A stretch of DNA of 30,489 nt from Alphaproteobacteria bacterium (GTDB lineage Bacteria > Pseudomonadota > Alphaproteobacteria > UBA8317), in assembly GCA_038131935.1 (NCBI GenBank), contig JAYPQH010000036.1, positions 1 through 30,489 on the forward strand, read 5' to 3'. Below are positions 20,445 to 29,582 of the stretch, in pieces. The translations under genes were made by a program, and so were the position numbers. Under the pieces are notes generated by a model, which worked only from the letters and a program-made list of their open reading frames with translations, made no database searches and was not told the DNA's origin. How positions within the stretch are numbered: the stretch's first letter is position 1; the number at the start of each line of letters is the position of its first letter.

Positions 20445-21256
20445 TTACTGAAACAAGGACGGGTTTTTAGACATGGCTTGCTCATACAACGCTTGAAAAT
20501 GAAGCCATCCAATATATTCTGAGCCAACATGTTCTCGACTATAACGGGCACTTTCTTCATCGACCAATTTAGGCTCTATCCCTGTTGCGTCTATCATCAA
20601 TTGTTGCTGACAGCAGCGCTCTAGAGCAATGAACCAAAAAGCCGCTGAATCGATGGAATGCCGACTTGCCGTCAACAGACCATGATTTTGGTGAATGGCT
20701 GCCTTCACACCTGTAAAGGCTTTGGCGACACGTGTTCCCGCATCTTCTTCTACGGCCACATGTCCAGCATCATCTTTGATCACAGTGTGGTCTTCGAAAA
20801 AAGCACATGCATCTTGGCTGATCGGAGGTAATGATCGTCCCAATGACGCATAGGCGCCACCATAAATTGTATGGGCGTGACACATCGCCAATATATCTGG
20901 ATGGGCTTCATGTACAGCTGCGTAGGACAAAAACCAGCACGGTTAACGGCATAATCGCCTTCCACGACTTTGCCATCATGGTTTACCAATATAAGATTTC
21001 GGAGACTTACCTGTTCAAAATGAATGGCCATGGGATTGGTCCAGTATAACTCTGGATGCTCTGGATCTCTGATCGTAAGATGACCTGCAAAGCCATAATC
21101 AAATCCATGGGTTGCAAAAGCATGGCAAGCTGCAACCAAACGACGTTTGCGATCTTCACGGGTTGCCTTTACATCATTAAATTCTGGCTCCGATGGGAAC
21201 TGAAGATTTGGCTGCTCTGGCTGATAAATAGAGGTGCGATTACCTAGGTCAATCAT
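20445..21256 (-). CDS. Class II aldolase/adducin family protein (NovR/CloR-like branch); frameshift near 20927
   Basis: AGHLTIRDP, WTNP, VNRAGF, HAHT and QNHGLLT motifs; joins ORFs 20780-21256 and 20445-20930. Confidence 0.88.
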
Positions 21257-22582
21257 GAGGATAATCCTTCATTTGATTCATGCTGGAAATGTTGTTCCAT
21301 ACGTTTTCTTGTAGATATAGCGATATTGGTAGATCCATATCTACGTCATGCCAACATATGGGCTTTCCCGCACTAATATTTGATTTTAATGTTACATGAT
21401 GCGCAAGGCCTGGGTAGGCCTCCCATCTGTAAGGATGTTTTTGCAGGATAAAGCTTCCCCCAAACGCAATGTCCTCCTTCGCCATCTAGGACATCACCTG
21501 CGGACAAGTTACGTTTCGCTGTGGCAACAACATCAGCCTGGAAATTTTTGGTTTGGCCTGTTGCACGCCCTAATAAGCCAGCAGCCAGTATGGAGATATT
21601 TAACTCAAGACCAATCAAATGAAATGGTTTGTACATAGCCGAGAAACGTCCCGTTATGTCTGTGTTCATGCCATACTGCTGGAAACAGCCAGCGGCATAA
21701 TCATTGGGCGCTTCAACAACGACATAGACTCCCCAGCGCAGATCTTTGTGAACAGCTCTACCGTCGCGTTCTAAAGAAGAAACAACCTCGACTTGCCCGG
21801 AGGTCGTCAGGCAACCACCCTTATCTTTAGGGCGAAGGATATGAGCCAAGTCATCCATTCCCGCAGCAGGAAACAAAAGTCCGTCTTCAGGAGCTCGTAA
21901 GCCTGTTGCATTGGCTATGGCCGCCATTTCGAGTGCAGATTTGGTACCATCGAGAAAACTATTGAACATTTGAGAATTCATACCCGCATTATGGGCTTGT
22001 TCAGCTGTTAGGCCATAATGTTGCCACACCGTGTCAGGTGTTGAATGATGATATTCAGGTAAATATTTTGTGCCTTTGCCAGCTGCAACCACATGAAAAC
22101 CACAACTGCGCGCCCACTCTACCAACTCAACGGTAGGGTGCAGGTTGATCACCGTAGGCCATGCTGTAGACAACCCCAGCTGACCTGGCTTCTTGTGCCA
22201 GCAACGGCCCTGCAAGAACATCTGCTTCAACATTCCCCATAACAATATGTTTGCCATATTTGATGGCCAATAAGGCATGGGTAATGCCCGCCAATGGATG
22301 CCCCGTAGCTTCAACAACAACATCAACTTCATCAGAGCGGATGAGATCTTCTGCATTGTCGGTAAATTCTGTCGCTGCGATAAGGCTTTCATCCCAACCA
22401 ACATGACCACAGGCGGTCTTGGCACGGTCTGGGTTCAGGTCAGCAATCGTCGTCACTTTAAGTGCTGGGGTTGTGGGGACCTGAGACAGGAACATGGAGC
22501 CAAATTTTCCAGCTCCAATGAGACCGACACGGACAGGTTTTTTATCCACAGCGCGCTTGAGGAGATCTCCATACAAAAACAT
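21253..22582 (-). CDS. NAD(P)-dependent oxidoreductase with C-terminal SAF domain (COG4091, homoserine dehydrogenase-like); three frameshifts
   Basis: GAGKFG, EATG, NVEAD, GDQPA, DGTKSALEM, KPFHLIGLE and LDGEGG motifs. Shifts near 22136, 21411 and 21331; the corrected stop forms an ATGA overlap with the next gene. Confidence 0.87.
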
Positions 22583-22587
22583 GTTGT

Positions 22588-23383
22588 TTACTCAGCCACA
22601 ATCTGTTGGGTGATAAGCTCTTCAAGGCAATTATCATTCAATGCCGTGATAGGTGTAAAATCACGATGGGCAATCCAGTCCGCACGGGTAAATTTGCGAA
22701 TGTGATTATCCACATGACATAAGGACAAATACACAATGGTTCGATCGAATGGTGATATGTTAGGTGGGCTTGCATGGACAAGGAGTGATGAGAACAATAA
22801 AACTGAACCTGCCGCACCAATGGGAGCCACGCATCCTCCTTGCTTTGCCAATTCAGTTACTTTGTCTCGGTCAAGTGTCCATAGTGGATAAGATGTTGTT
22901 TCAAGGTCATGACCCGCTTCTACCACACCCAATTTATGGCTTCCCGGTATGAAAAGTAGAGGCCCATTTGCTTGGGTAACATCATCTAAAAATACAGCAA
23001 TATTCATCGCTCTTGGTTCAGGCATTCCATCATCACGAAGCCATGTGCCGTAGTCTTGATGCCATTGCCATACATCACCATCAAAGGCTGCTTTGGCATT
23101 TACCTTGAATTGATGCGTAGACTTGTCCATCAAGTATCTGTGAGACAGGTTCCACCAATCTTGGATGTGAGCCCAGACGACGAAATGCTTCGTTGAAGGT
23201 ATGTGCAGCAAATGCTGTTCGTGCCACTCCAGAGCTTTCCCGCCACACTTCCTGGCGATCCATGGCGTACACGTTTGCAGCTTCCTCGCGCAGGAGTTTA
23301 GCCTCTTCAGGAGAAAACATATTCTCAAAGAAAAGGTATCCCTCTTTATCAAATTGTTCCATTTGTTGTTGACTTAACTTCAT
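22588..23383 (-). CDS. Fe(II)/2-oxoglutarate dioxygenase, PhyH family (EctD/proline hydroxylase-like); frameshift near 23117
   Basis: HQFKVNAK, WQWHQDYGTW (HxD), NGPLLFIPGSHK, LVHAS (distal His) and the 2OG-binding Arg in DRTIVY; GGAGG SD before ATG 23383. Confidence 0.9.
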
Positions 23384-23544
23384 TGATACCTCCGCTCGAC
23401 TTTGTCCAAGTCTTTTCAACGCGATTTCTGTCATAATAGCGACGTTTCACTATTTTTCATGAGACGGCTATTTAGGTCAATCACTTGTCATGCATGTATG
23501 GTTTGCGTTTTTATGAAGTCGCTATTTTTTATTGGGGATTTAAC

Positions 23545-24644
23545 ATGAGAACATATGATGTGGCAGTCTTAGCTGGAGACGGCATTGGGGTAGATGTTAC
23601 AGATGCAGCCTTTGCCATAATAGATGCGGTCACTGCGCATATAGGTGGAATATCGGTGAAACGTTGTGACATTCATGCTGGGGCAGGTTTTTACAGCCAA
23701 GAAGGTTTTGATATCGAAGATGGTGGCGAAGAACGATCAGGTCAGGCTGATGCAATTTTTGTAGGCGCCATTGGACTGCCCAGCATTCGTTGGCCTGATG
23801 GTACTGAGATCGCACCACATTTGCGGCTTCGAGAGCGTTTTCAGCTTTATGCCGGGGTGCGGCCCGTCAAGGCTTACTCAGGCACACCAGCGCGGTTATC
23901 CGATGCGCGGGCAAGTCTTATCGATTTGGTCATATTAAGGGAGTCAACGGAGGGGCTGTTTTATTCAGCGGCTGTTCACAGCAGAACCCATCTGCAATCA
24001 GATGAAGAGGTTCAAGAAATATTAAGAATAACGCGATCTACAACGGAAAAACTTCATGATTTTGCGTTTAAGTTGGCAAGAAAAAGGGCAAGGCGTGGTG
24101 GGAAAAATTTGGTAACTTGTGTGGATAAGGCCAATGTTTTTCGTTCTATGGCATTTTTAGAAATATTTTTGATGAAGTCTCAACAGGTCATCAAGATGTA
24201 AGAAAGGGTTACAATTACGTAGATGCTCAGGCGCTAGATTTGATACGACAGCCTTGGGAATTTGATGTTTTGGTTATGGAAAATATGTTCGGAGACATTC
24301 TATCTGATCTGGCGGGTGGTCTGGTAGGGGGAATGGGCATGGCTGCTTGCGCGGAAATAGGGGATAACCATGGCTTGTTCCAGCCAGCCCATGGGTCTGC
24401 ACCAGACATTATGGGTCAAGACCGTGCAAATCCATTGGCAAGCATTCTAAGTGCCGCGCTCATGCTTGATTATTTGGCCGATCGTGCGGATTGTGAAAAG
24501 ACGCGTGAGGCAGCAGAAATGATTGAAGATTTGATTGAAAAAGCATTTGATAATCGGGCCTTAAGACCTATGGAGTTTGGCGGTGATATGGGCACCAAAG
24601 CCATCACAAACACGTTGCTTGATTATGTTAAACAGGGAGGATGA
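23545..24644 (+). CDS. Isocitrate/isopropylmalate (beta-decarboxylating) dehydrogenase family protein; frameshift near 24155
   Basis: GDGIG, YAGVRP, RESTEG, VDKANV, ENMFGDILSDL and HGSAPDI motifs. One T added restores MAFFRNIFD...YVDAQALDLIRQP. Confidence 0.92.
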
Positions 24645-25012
24645 GGTTCGTGGACAATTTTTTTAATATTGACAACATGCAGCAGGGATTGACGCGCACT
24701 CTAACCGAGGGGGTCACAACAAGAATATTTCCTGGCGACCAAGCCATGATTTCAGTTGTGCGTATTGAACCTCATGCGAGAGGGCGATTGCATGCTCACC
24801 CAGAGGAGCAGTGGGGACTTATGCTGGAGGGATCTGCAGTACGCATCCAAGATGGCGTGGAGGTGCCGGTAAAAAAAGGTGATTTTTGGAGAACGCCTGG
24901 TCATATGGAACACGGTATTGTTGCGGGCCCGGAAGGTGCCGTCATTTTGGATATTTTTGCGCCCCCAAGAGAGGCTTATAAAAAGGCTGGCTCAGGTTTT
25001 GGGGACGAGTGA
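24641..25012 (+). CDS. Cupin domain protein
   Basis: HAHPEEQ...EHG...DIFAPPREAY cupin_2 motifs; ATGA overlap with the upstream gene. Confidence 0.9.
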   Translation: MRFVDNFFNIDNMQQGLTRTLTEGVTTRIFPGDQAMISVVRIEPHARGRLHAHPEEQWGLMLEGSAVRIQDGVEVPVKKGDFWRTPGHMEHGIVAGPEGAVILDIFAPPREAYKKAGSGFGDE

Positions 25013-25041
25013 TAGGGTTATAAATCTCTGTAAAACGGCTC

Positions 25042-25839
25042 TCAGGTTTTTTTCCTCATCACAACAATATCCTTATGAGGTGGCGGTGGTATGGTTATAT
25101 CAACGAAACCATGCCTTAGCAGGCGTTCACGGCATGGTATAATTGTATTCTCGCCCTGACGTTCTGCACCGGCGTCAATCCCAATTGTATTTATACGGGC
25201 GAGGGTGTTAGAGGCGCCGTCAAGAACCTCTGGTTCAGCACCTTCTGCATCCATTTTTAAATAAGCGATATCCTGGATATAAGGATGGGTAGAGATGATA
25301 TCGTCAAGTGTTGTGGCCTGTAGGGTCAACAGATGTGATGGATGTTTTGTTGATTGAAATATAGACCCATCAGCATTTTGTGCGCTGGAATAGAAAGATA
25401 CTTCTTTATTCGTATCCAGGGCGACCCTCTGTTCTAAAATCCACTTTCGTGGTCCATGATAATGTTGAGAGATATTCTTTCGTGCGCATACCGCGGCAGC
25501 TGGGTCAGGTTCTATGGATAAAACATTATATCCCTTGCGCAACATGTGTAATGCCCATTCCCCCATAAAGGCACCAACATCTATCGCCCAACTATCCTCA
25601 TGACCTTGTGGGATATCTACCAAGCCATAACGGTTGGATACATCCTGCAATCGATGGTTTAACCCTTTTCTATACATCCGCCATCGACGTGGCCCCGGTG
25701 CCCATATGATATCACTGCCAACTGTGATCTTGTAACCATCGCTGGATTGTTTTTGGGAGATTGCCTCGCTTTTACCGTTGAGCAATCTCTTCAGGTTATG
25801 GAGGGTAATCTGGAATGTTTCGGTTATATTCGTTTTCAT
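25042..25839 (-). CDS. FkbM family SAM-dependent methyltransferase
   Basis: IDVGAFMG, IEPDP, TTLDD and LKMDAEGAEPEVLDG motifs. Confidence 0.88.
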   Translation of the reverse strand: MKTNITETFQITLHNLKRLLNGKSEAISQKQSSDGYKITVGSDIIWAPGPRRWRMYRKGLNHRLQDVSNRYGLVDIPQGHEDSWAIDVGAFMGEWALHMLRKGYNVLSIEPDPAAAVCARKNISQHYHGPRKWILEQRVALDTNKEVSFYSSAQNADGSIFQSTKHPSHLLTLQATTLDDIISTHPYIQDIAYLKMDAEGAEPEVLDGASNTLARINTIGIDAGAERQGENTIIPCRERLLRHGFVDITIPPPPHKDIVVMRKKT

Positions 25840-25898
25840 CAGAATGGATCTCAGTGTTTGTTATGTTTGTGGGTTGGATCATACGTGATGGTAGATCA

Positions 25899-26318
25899 TT
25901 AATCTTGATAAAAAGGTAGGGCTGTTTCTATCGGAAGAATGGTGCCAAGGTTATGCCTGAATTGTATTCCCCAAGTGTCATTTTTTTGGACAGCAATCCA
26001 AATAGCTTGAAAAGATCTAAGTTCTCGACCGTTTTCGCCTGTCCACGTCCCTAATATTTTGTACGCCTCTGAAAGCTCTGATCGAGCCAGCAACTGCACA
26101 TTATCGAGATTGGTGGTTATCCAGCTCTGTTCCGCATCCTTAATGAGTTTCCAAGGATAGATGCTGTTATGATAATCATCCGCACTCTCCACGCGAACTG
26201 ATATTCCTGTAAAATTCTGGTAAGTGAATGGAAACACCGTTGTTTGTAAATAATTTTCCAGATGTTGTTCGTTAATAGCTTTTTGGTGTTCTGTTACAGC
26301 AATCAAGCCACTTTTCAT
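25899..26318 (-). CDS. Hypothetical protein (possibly NTF2/SnoaL-like fold)
   Basis: 139 aa ORF from ATG 26318 with an AGGAG SD (longer ORF starts at 26387); alternating beta-strand pattern ending AIWIAVQKNDTWGIQFRH. Fold is inference. Confidence 0.6.
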   Translation of the reverse strand: MKSGLIAVTEHQKAINEQHLENYLQTTVFPFTYQNFTGISVRVESADDYHNSIYPWKLIKDAEQSWITTNLDNVQLLARSELSEAYKILGTWTGENGRELRSFQAIWIAVQKNDTWGIQFRHNLGTILPIETALPFYQD

Positions 26319-26611
26319 GTTATTCTCCTGATATTTACTCACGATGGGCTTTGAAGGCGCATACTTGTTTCGAAATAGGTGCTTCATGACTTAGAAGGGC
26401 ACAACGTGGCTGTCTTATGCATAATAGCACCTTGAAATCATATGCTACATACCGAGCGCTTTGCTAAGCAAGGTAGGGCTACTAGAGCTTTTTTACGTAT
26501 TCATCTTCTATGGGCTTGTTTGGAAGATTTATCAATTGGTTTGCCATACGTTTCCTTGTGTTTTCCCAAACATAGCGGAGGACAACGTCAGATGGGAAAG
26601 TGCAGCTGGAA

Positions 26612-27301
26612 TTAACGTTTATTTGCCTCAAAAAAATCTAAGGTTAGTTTTAGTGCTTGTCTCGTGGTTTGTTCGTTATACCCATCTTTGAGACAAGATC
26701 GACAGTCCCAACTATGTCCTGCGTTAGCAAAAATATGCTTTTTAAAGTGAGCGCTTTTGTTTTCAACAATATCTAACTGTTCATATACAAAACGAGGTTT
26801 TTGGACGCTATCTTTGTCGCCGTGAATCGCCAAAAATGGATTGCTATCGTTGTCAAAATAGTTTGCTGGGAAGCCGTTCCATCCCGCTGATGCTGGCCAA
26901 CGCCAAACACCGTAGTGAGAAGCTCCAGCATTCGTATGTTTGCGAGCTGTTAGAAAACTTGCCCAGTAGCCCCCGTTTGAAAAGCCAACGGCAAAGATGT
27001 TTTTAGCATCCGCCTTGGGATCTTTTTTGATTACCTCAATCAACTCCAAAAGCTCTGCTTCTATCGCTTTTTTATATGTGGTCCAGGTCTCAAAACGGTT
27101 GGATTTTGAAATGCCATGTCGCCTAAAGAAATCTGGTGCATAAACAGCATATCCAGCGCTCTTATATTTGGACACCTGTTTTTTGACAGTTTTGAATCCA
27201 CCGCTGGTATGCAGGACGAGCACAATAGGAAATGGGCCATCCCCATCTGGGTAATCGATTTCATGATAAATAGGTTCTGCATGCGCCACAGATTGAGCCA
27301 C
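26612..27301 (-). CDS. Dienelactone hydrolase-like alpha/beta hydrolase
   Basis: GPFPIVLVLH, YAPDFF, GFSNGG nucleophile elbow, HGDKD and AGHSWD triad motifs; 5' end uncertain. Confidence 0.85.
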   Translation of the reverse strand: MAQSVAHAEPIYHEIDYPDGDGPFPIVLVLHTSGGFKTVKKQVSKYKSAGYAVYAPDFFRRHGISKSNRFETWTTYKKAIEAELLELIEVIKKDPKADAKNIFAVGFSNGGYWASFLTARKHTNAGASHYGVWRWPASAGWNGFPANYFDNDSNPFLAIHGDKDSVQKPRFVYEQLDIVENKSAHFKKHIFANAGHSWDCRSCLKDGYNEQTTRQALKLTLDFFEANKR

Positions 27302-27488
27302 TCTCTCAGCAATTTAATTTAAAAATGAATTAAAATGCTTGAGTCTCCTAATACAGGAGAGTTTATATTAGTTGATTCAGTAGTATATGGATGAAAATTG
27401 ATGGGTTAACTATGATAGAGCATTATAAAAAGTCCTGTATCTTATCTAATGAAGCGATTGCATGCTGGGTTTGATGCTATAATAAAGC

Positions 27489-27517
27489 TTGAGCTTCCCA
27501 AAAACAAGGTCTATTTT
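27489..27517 (+). promoter_or_regulatory. CueR/MerR-like promoter-operator upstream of cytochrome c-copC-copD
   Basis: TTGAGC-TTCCCAAAAACAAGGTC-TATTTT resembles E. coli PcopA (TTGACC-TTCCCCTTGCTGGAAGGTT-TAACCT) but the spacer is 17 bp. Confidence 0.5.
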
Positions 27518-27551
27518 TAGGAATTGGCACTGATGTGCCTGAGAGGTTAAA

Positions 27552-27971
27552 ATGAAGCGTTTCATGTCGATTGCGGGCTCAATAGCTGCGATTATTTTTG
27601 TATTCTGGTATTTTTACTGAAAAACAGCACAAGAGAGTTGGTATCGAATGGCGATCCTATTGTAGAAATAAATTTGCCAGACGACTTTTCGCAACGTGCT
27701 CTACGTGGAAAATCAAAGTTTCAGGCTAAATGTGCATTGTGCCATGGTCAGAATGCAGTTGGTCAGGCTGGTGTCGCACCACCTTTAGTGCATTTCATTT
27801 ATGAACCTGGGCATCACGGAGACGAGAGCTTTCAAAGAGCCGTATCGCTGGGTGTTCGAGCGCACCATTGGCCTTTGGTAATATGCCCCAATTGATGGGT
27901 TAAATAGAAACGAAGTAGCAGACATCATTGGCTATATTCGCGAACTGCAACGTGCCAATGGAATATTTTAG
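27552..27971 (+). CDS. Membrane-anchored monoheme c-type cytochrome; three 1-nt deletions
   Basis: CALCHG heme motif; APPLVHFIYEPGHHGDESFQRAV. Homopolymer corrections give an N-terminal TM segment MKRFMSIAG... and C-terminal HHWPFGNMPP...YIRELQRANGIF; GAGAGG SD. Confidence 0.82.
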
Positions 27972-27980
27972 GAGAAACTA

Positions 27981-28325
27981 ATGAAACCATTTGTAGCGAT
28001 ACTTTTTGTATCATCCCTGTTGGTATGCAATGCACTCGCACATTCGCCGCTGCAGAATGTGTTCCCCGATGATGGCGCGGAGCTAGACGCAATGCCCAAT
28101 GAAGTGAGGCTTATATTTAAGCGAAATATGCGCCTTACAAAAATTACCAGTTCACACAATGGCGGCAACCAAATGATCTTAGACCTTAATGGACAAACCA
28201 GTTTTGCAACTGAATTTCAAATCCCAATTCATGGTAATGGTAGTGGGGAGTACAGAGTACATTGGCGAGGCCTTGGTGATGACGGACATGTGCAAAAAGG
28301 AAGTTTCTTTTTTAAGGTTGATTAG
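27981..28325 (+). CDS. copC: Copper resistance protein CopC
   Basis: Signal peptide ending ALA followed by His1; P-x-DG, YRVHWRG and DDGH motifs. Confidence 0.9.
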   Translation: MKPFVAILFVSSLLVCNALAHSPLQNVFPDDGAELDAMPNEVRLIFKRNMRLTKITSSHNGGNQMILDLNGQTSFATEFQIPIHGNGSGEYRVHWRGLGDDGHVQKGSFFFKVD

Positions 28326-28327
28326 AC

Positions 28328-29140
28328 ATGTTAGAACTTTGGGAGCTAATCGCAATCCTAGTAAAGTTTGCGCTTTACCTTGGTGTTCTTGGTGCAAGTG
28401 GGGTCGTATTTTGCGCTTTGATCTTTTCCATTGAGAAATGGAGGCTACTGGCGTTCAGATTTCTACTGATTGGATTTTTCGCATCTATATTCGCCTTCTT
28501 TTTAAAGGCAGTTTCTTTGACAGGTGACTATACTGGAATAACTGATCCCGAGATGCTCTCTCTTATCTGGAGAACACAAAGTGGCACCGTCTTGTTAATC
28601 CAAATGGTAGGACTCTCTATTATAATGCTTGGTTTACTGCTTGGAGCGCACGGGAAATGGTTTGCCGCTACAGGTGGGGCCATAGCAATATATTCATTTG
28701 TTACTATTGGCCATATTGCCGATCAAGACAATTGGTTCTTTACGATAATTCTATTTTTGCATTTGTTGGTTGCCGCATTGTGGATTGGTATTCTAACACC
28801 ACTCCAACGCTTAGCTTCTGAGGAAAATTCTCTTGACGCCGCCGCACAATTAGGAGAGCGGTTTGGTGCTTTTGCTACTGTAATCGTTCCTGTTCTTATA
28901 ATCGTCGGTATGATTATGACATGGCGATTGGTTGGATCTCTGAATGCTTTGGTCCACACCACCTATGGGTTGGCCTTGCTTTCAAAATTTGCAGTTGTTG
29001 CCATCCTGCTGAGCCTAGCTGCATTCAATAAATTGAGGTTAGTTCCCGCTATGTTAAATGGAGATTTTAAAGCTAGCCAGCGTTTATCCCGAAGCATTCA
29101 GTTAGAGTGGATTGCAGTTCTTCTCCTATTCTATTGGTGA
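28328..29140 (+). CDS. copD: Copper resistance protein CopD (C-terminus probably extends to ~29180 after an indel)
   Basis: Polytopic membrane protein with IGHIA, LHLLVAALWIG, TTYGLALLSK and LAAFNKLRLVP motifs; directly after copC. Confidence 0.9.
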   Translation: MLELWELIAILVKFALYLGVLGASGVVFCALIFSIEKWRLLAFRFLLIGFFASIFAFFLKAVSLTGDYTGITDPEMLSLIWRTQSGTVLLIQMVGLSIIMLGLLLGAHGKWFAATGGAIAIYSFVTIGHIADQDNWFFTIILFLHLLVAALWIGILTPLQRLASEENSLDAAAQLGERFGAFATVIVPVLIIVGMIMTWRLVGSLNALVHTTYGLALLSKFAVVAILLSLAAFNKLRLVPAMLNGDFKASQRLSRSIQLEWIAVLLLFYW

Positions 29141-29582
29141 TCGCTATTCTGACCTCAACTTCAAAGCGCTTCCAATGTGATTGGTGGGATCGACCCAGAT
29201 GTTCACATCCAGAAAATATGAGTGCAATTCCCGTGGTGGAAACCTATACTAGTGTTCAGTTAATCGCATTATGATTATTTATAGGAACATTACAACTTAG
29301 ATAACTAATACCATATTGCATTGTTTCTGCTCTGTATCAGTCTTCTGCTGAACAGTTTGATCTGTCCCATGGCAGTTTGATGACATTTCGTGCCGGTTTA
29401 TGCACAAGACATCAGTAAGTTTGGAAAATAAACTCTGTTGGCAAAGGGAGAGACATCAGCCTAAATGCGCCCCAGTTTCAGGTATCAAAGCTGCTTGCGG
29501 TGATCAGTGAGCCAAGGCGATGTTTTGTTTATTTTCAATGCTGATGATTCAGCATCGTAATAGAGCGGTGAACGTTTTGGTG

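Noticed and set aside
22588-23383. Gene symbol ectD
   Set aside because: The signature sequence differs and no ectABC is present.
23545-24644. Gene symbol leuB
   Set aside because: No leuCD context, and active-site residues are substituted.
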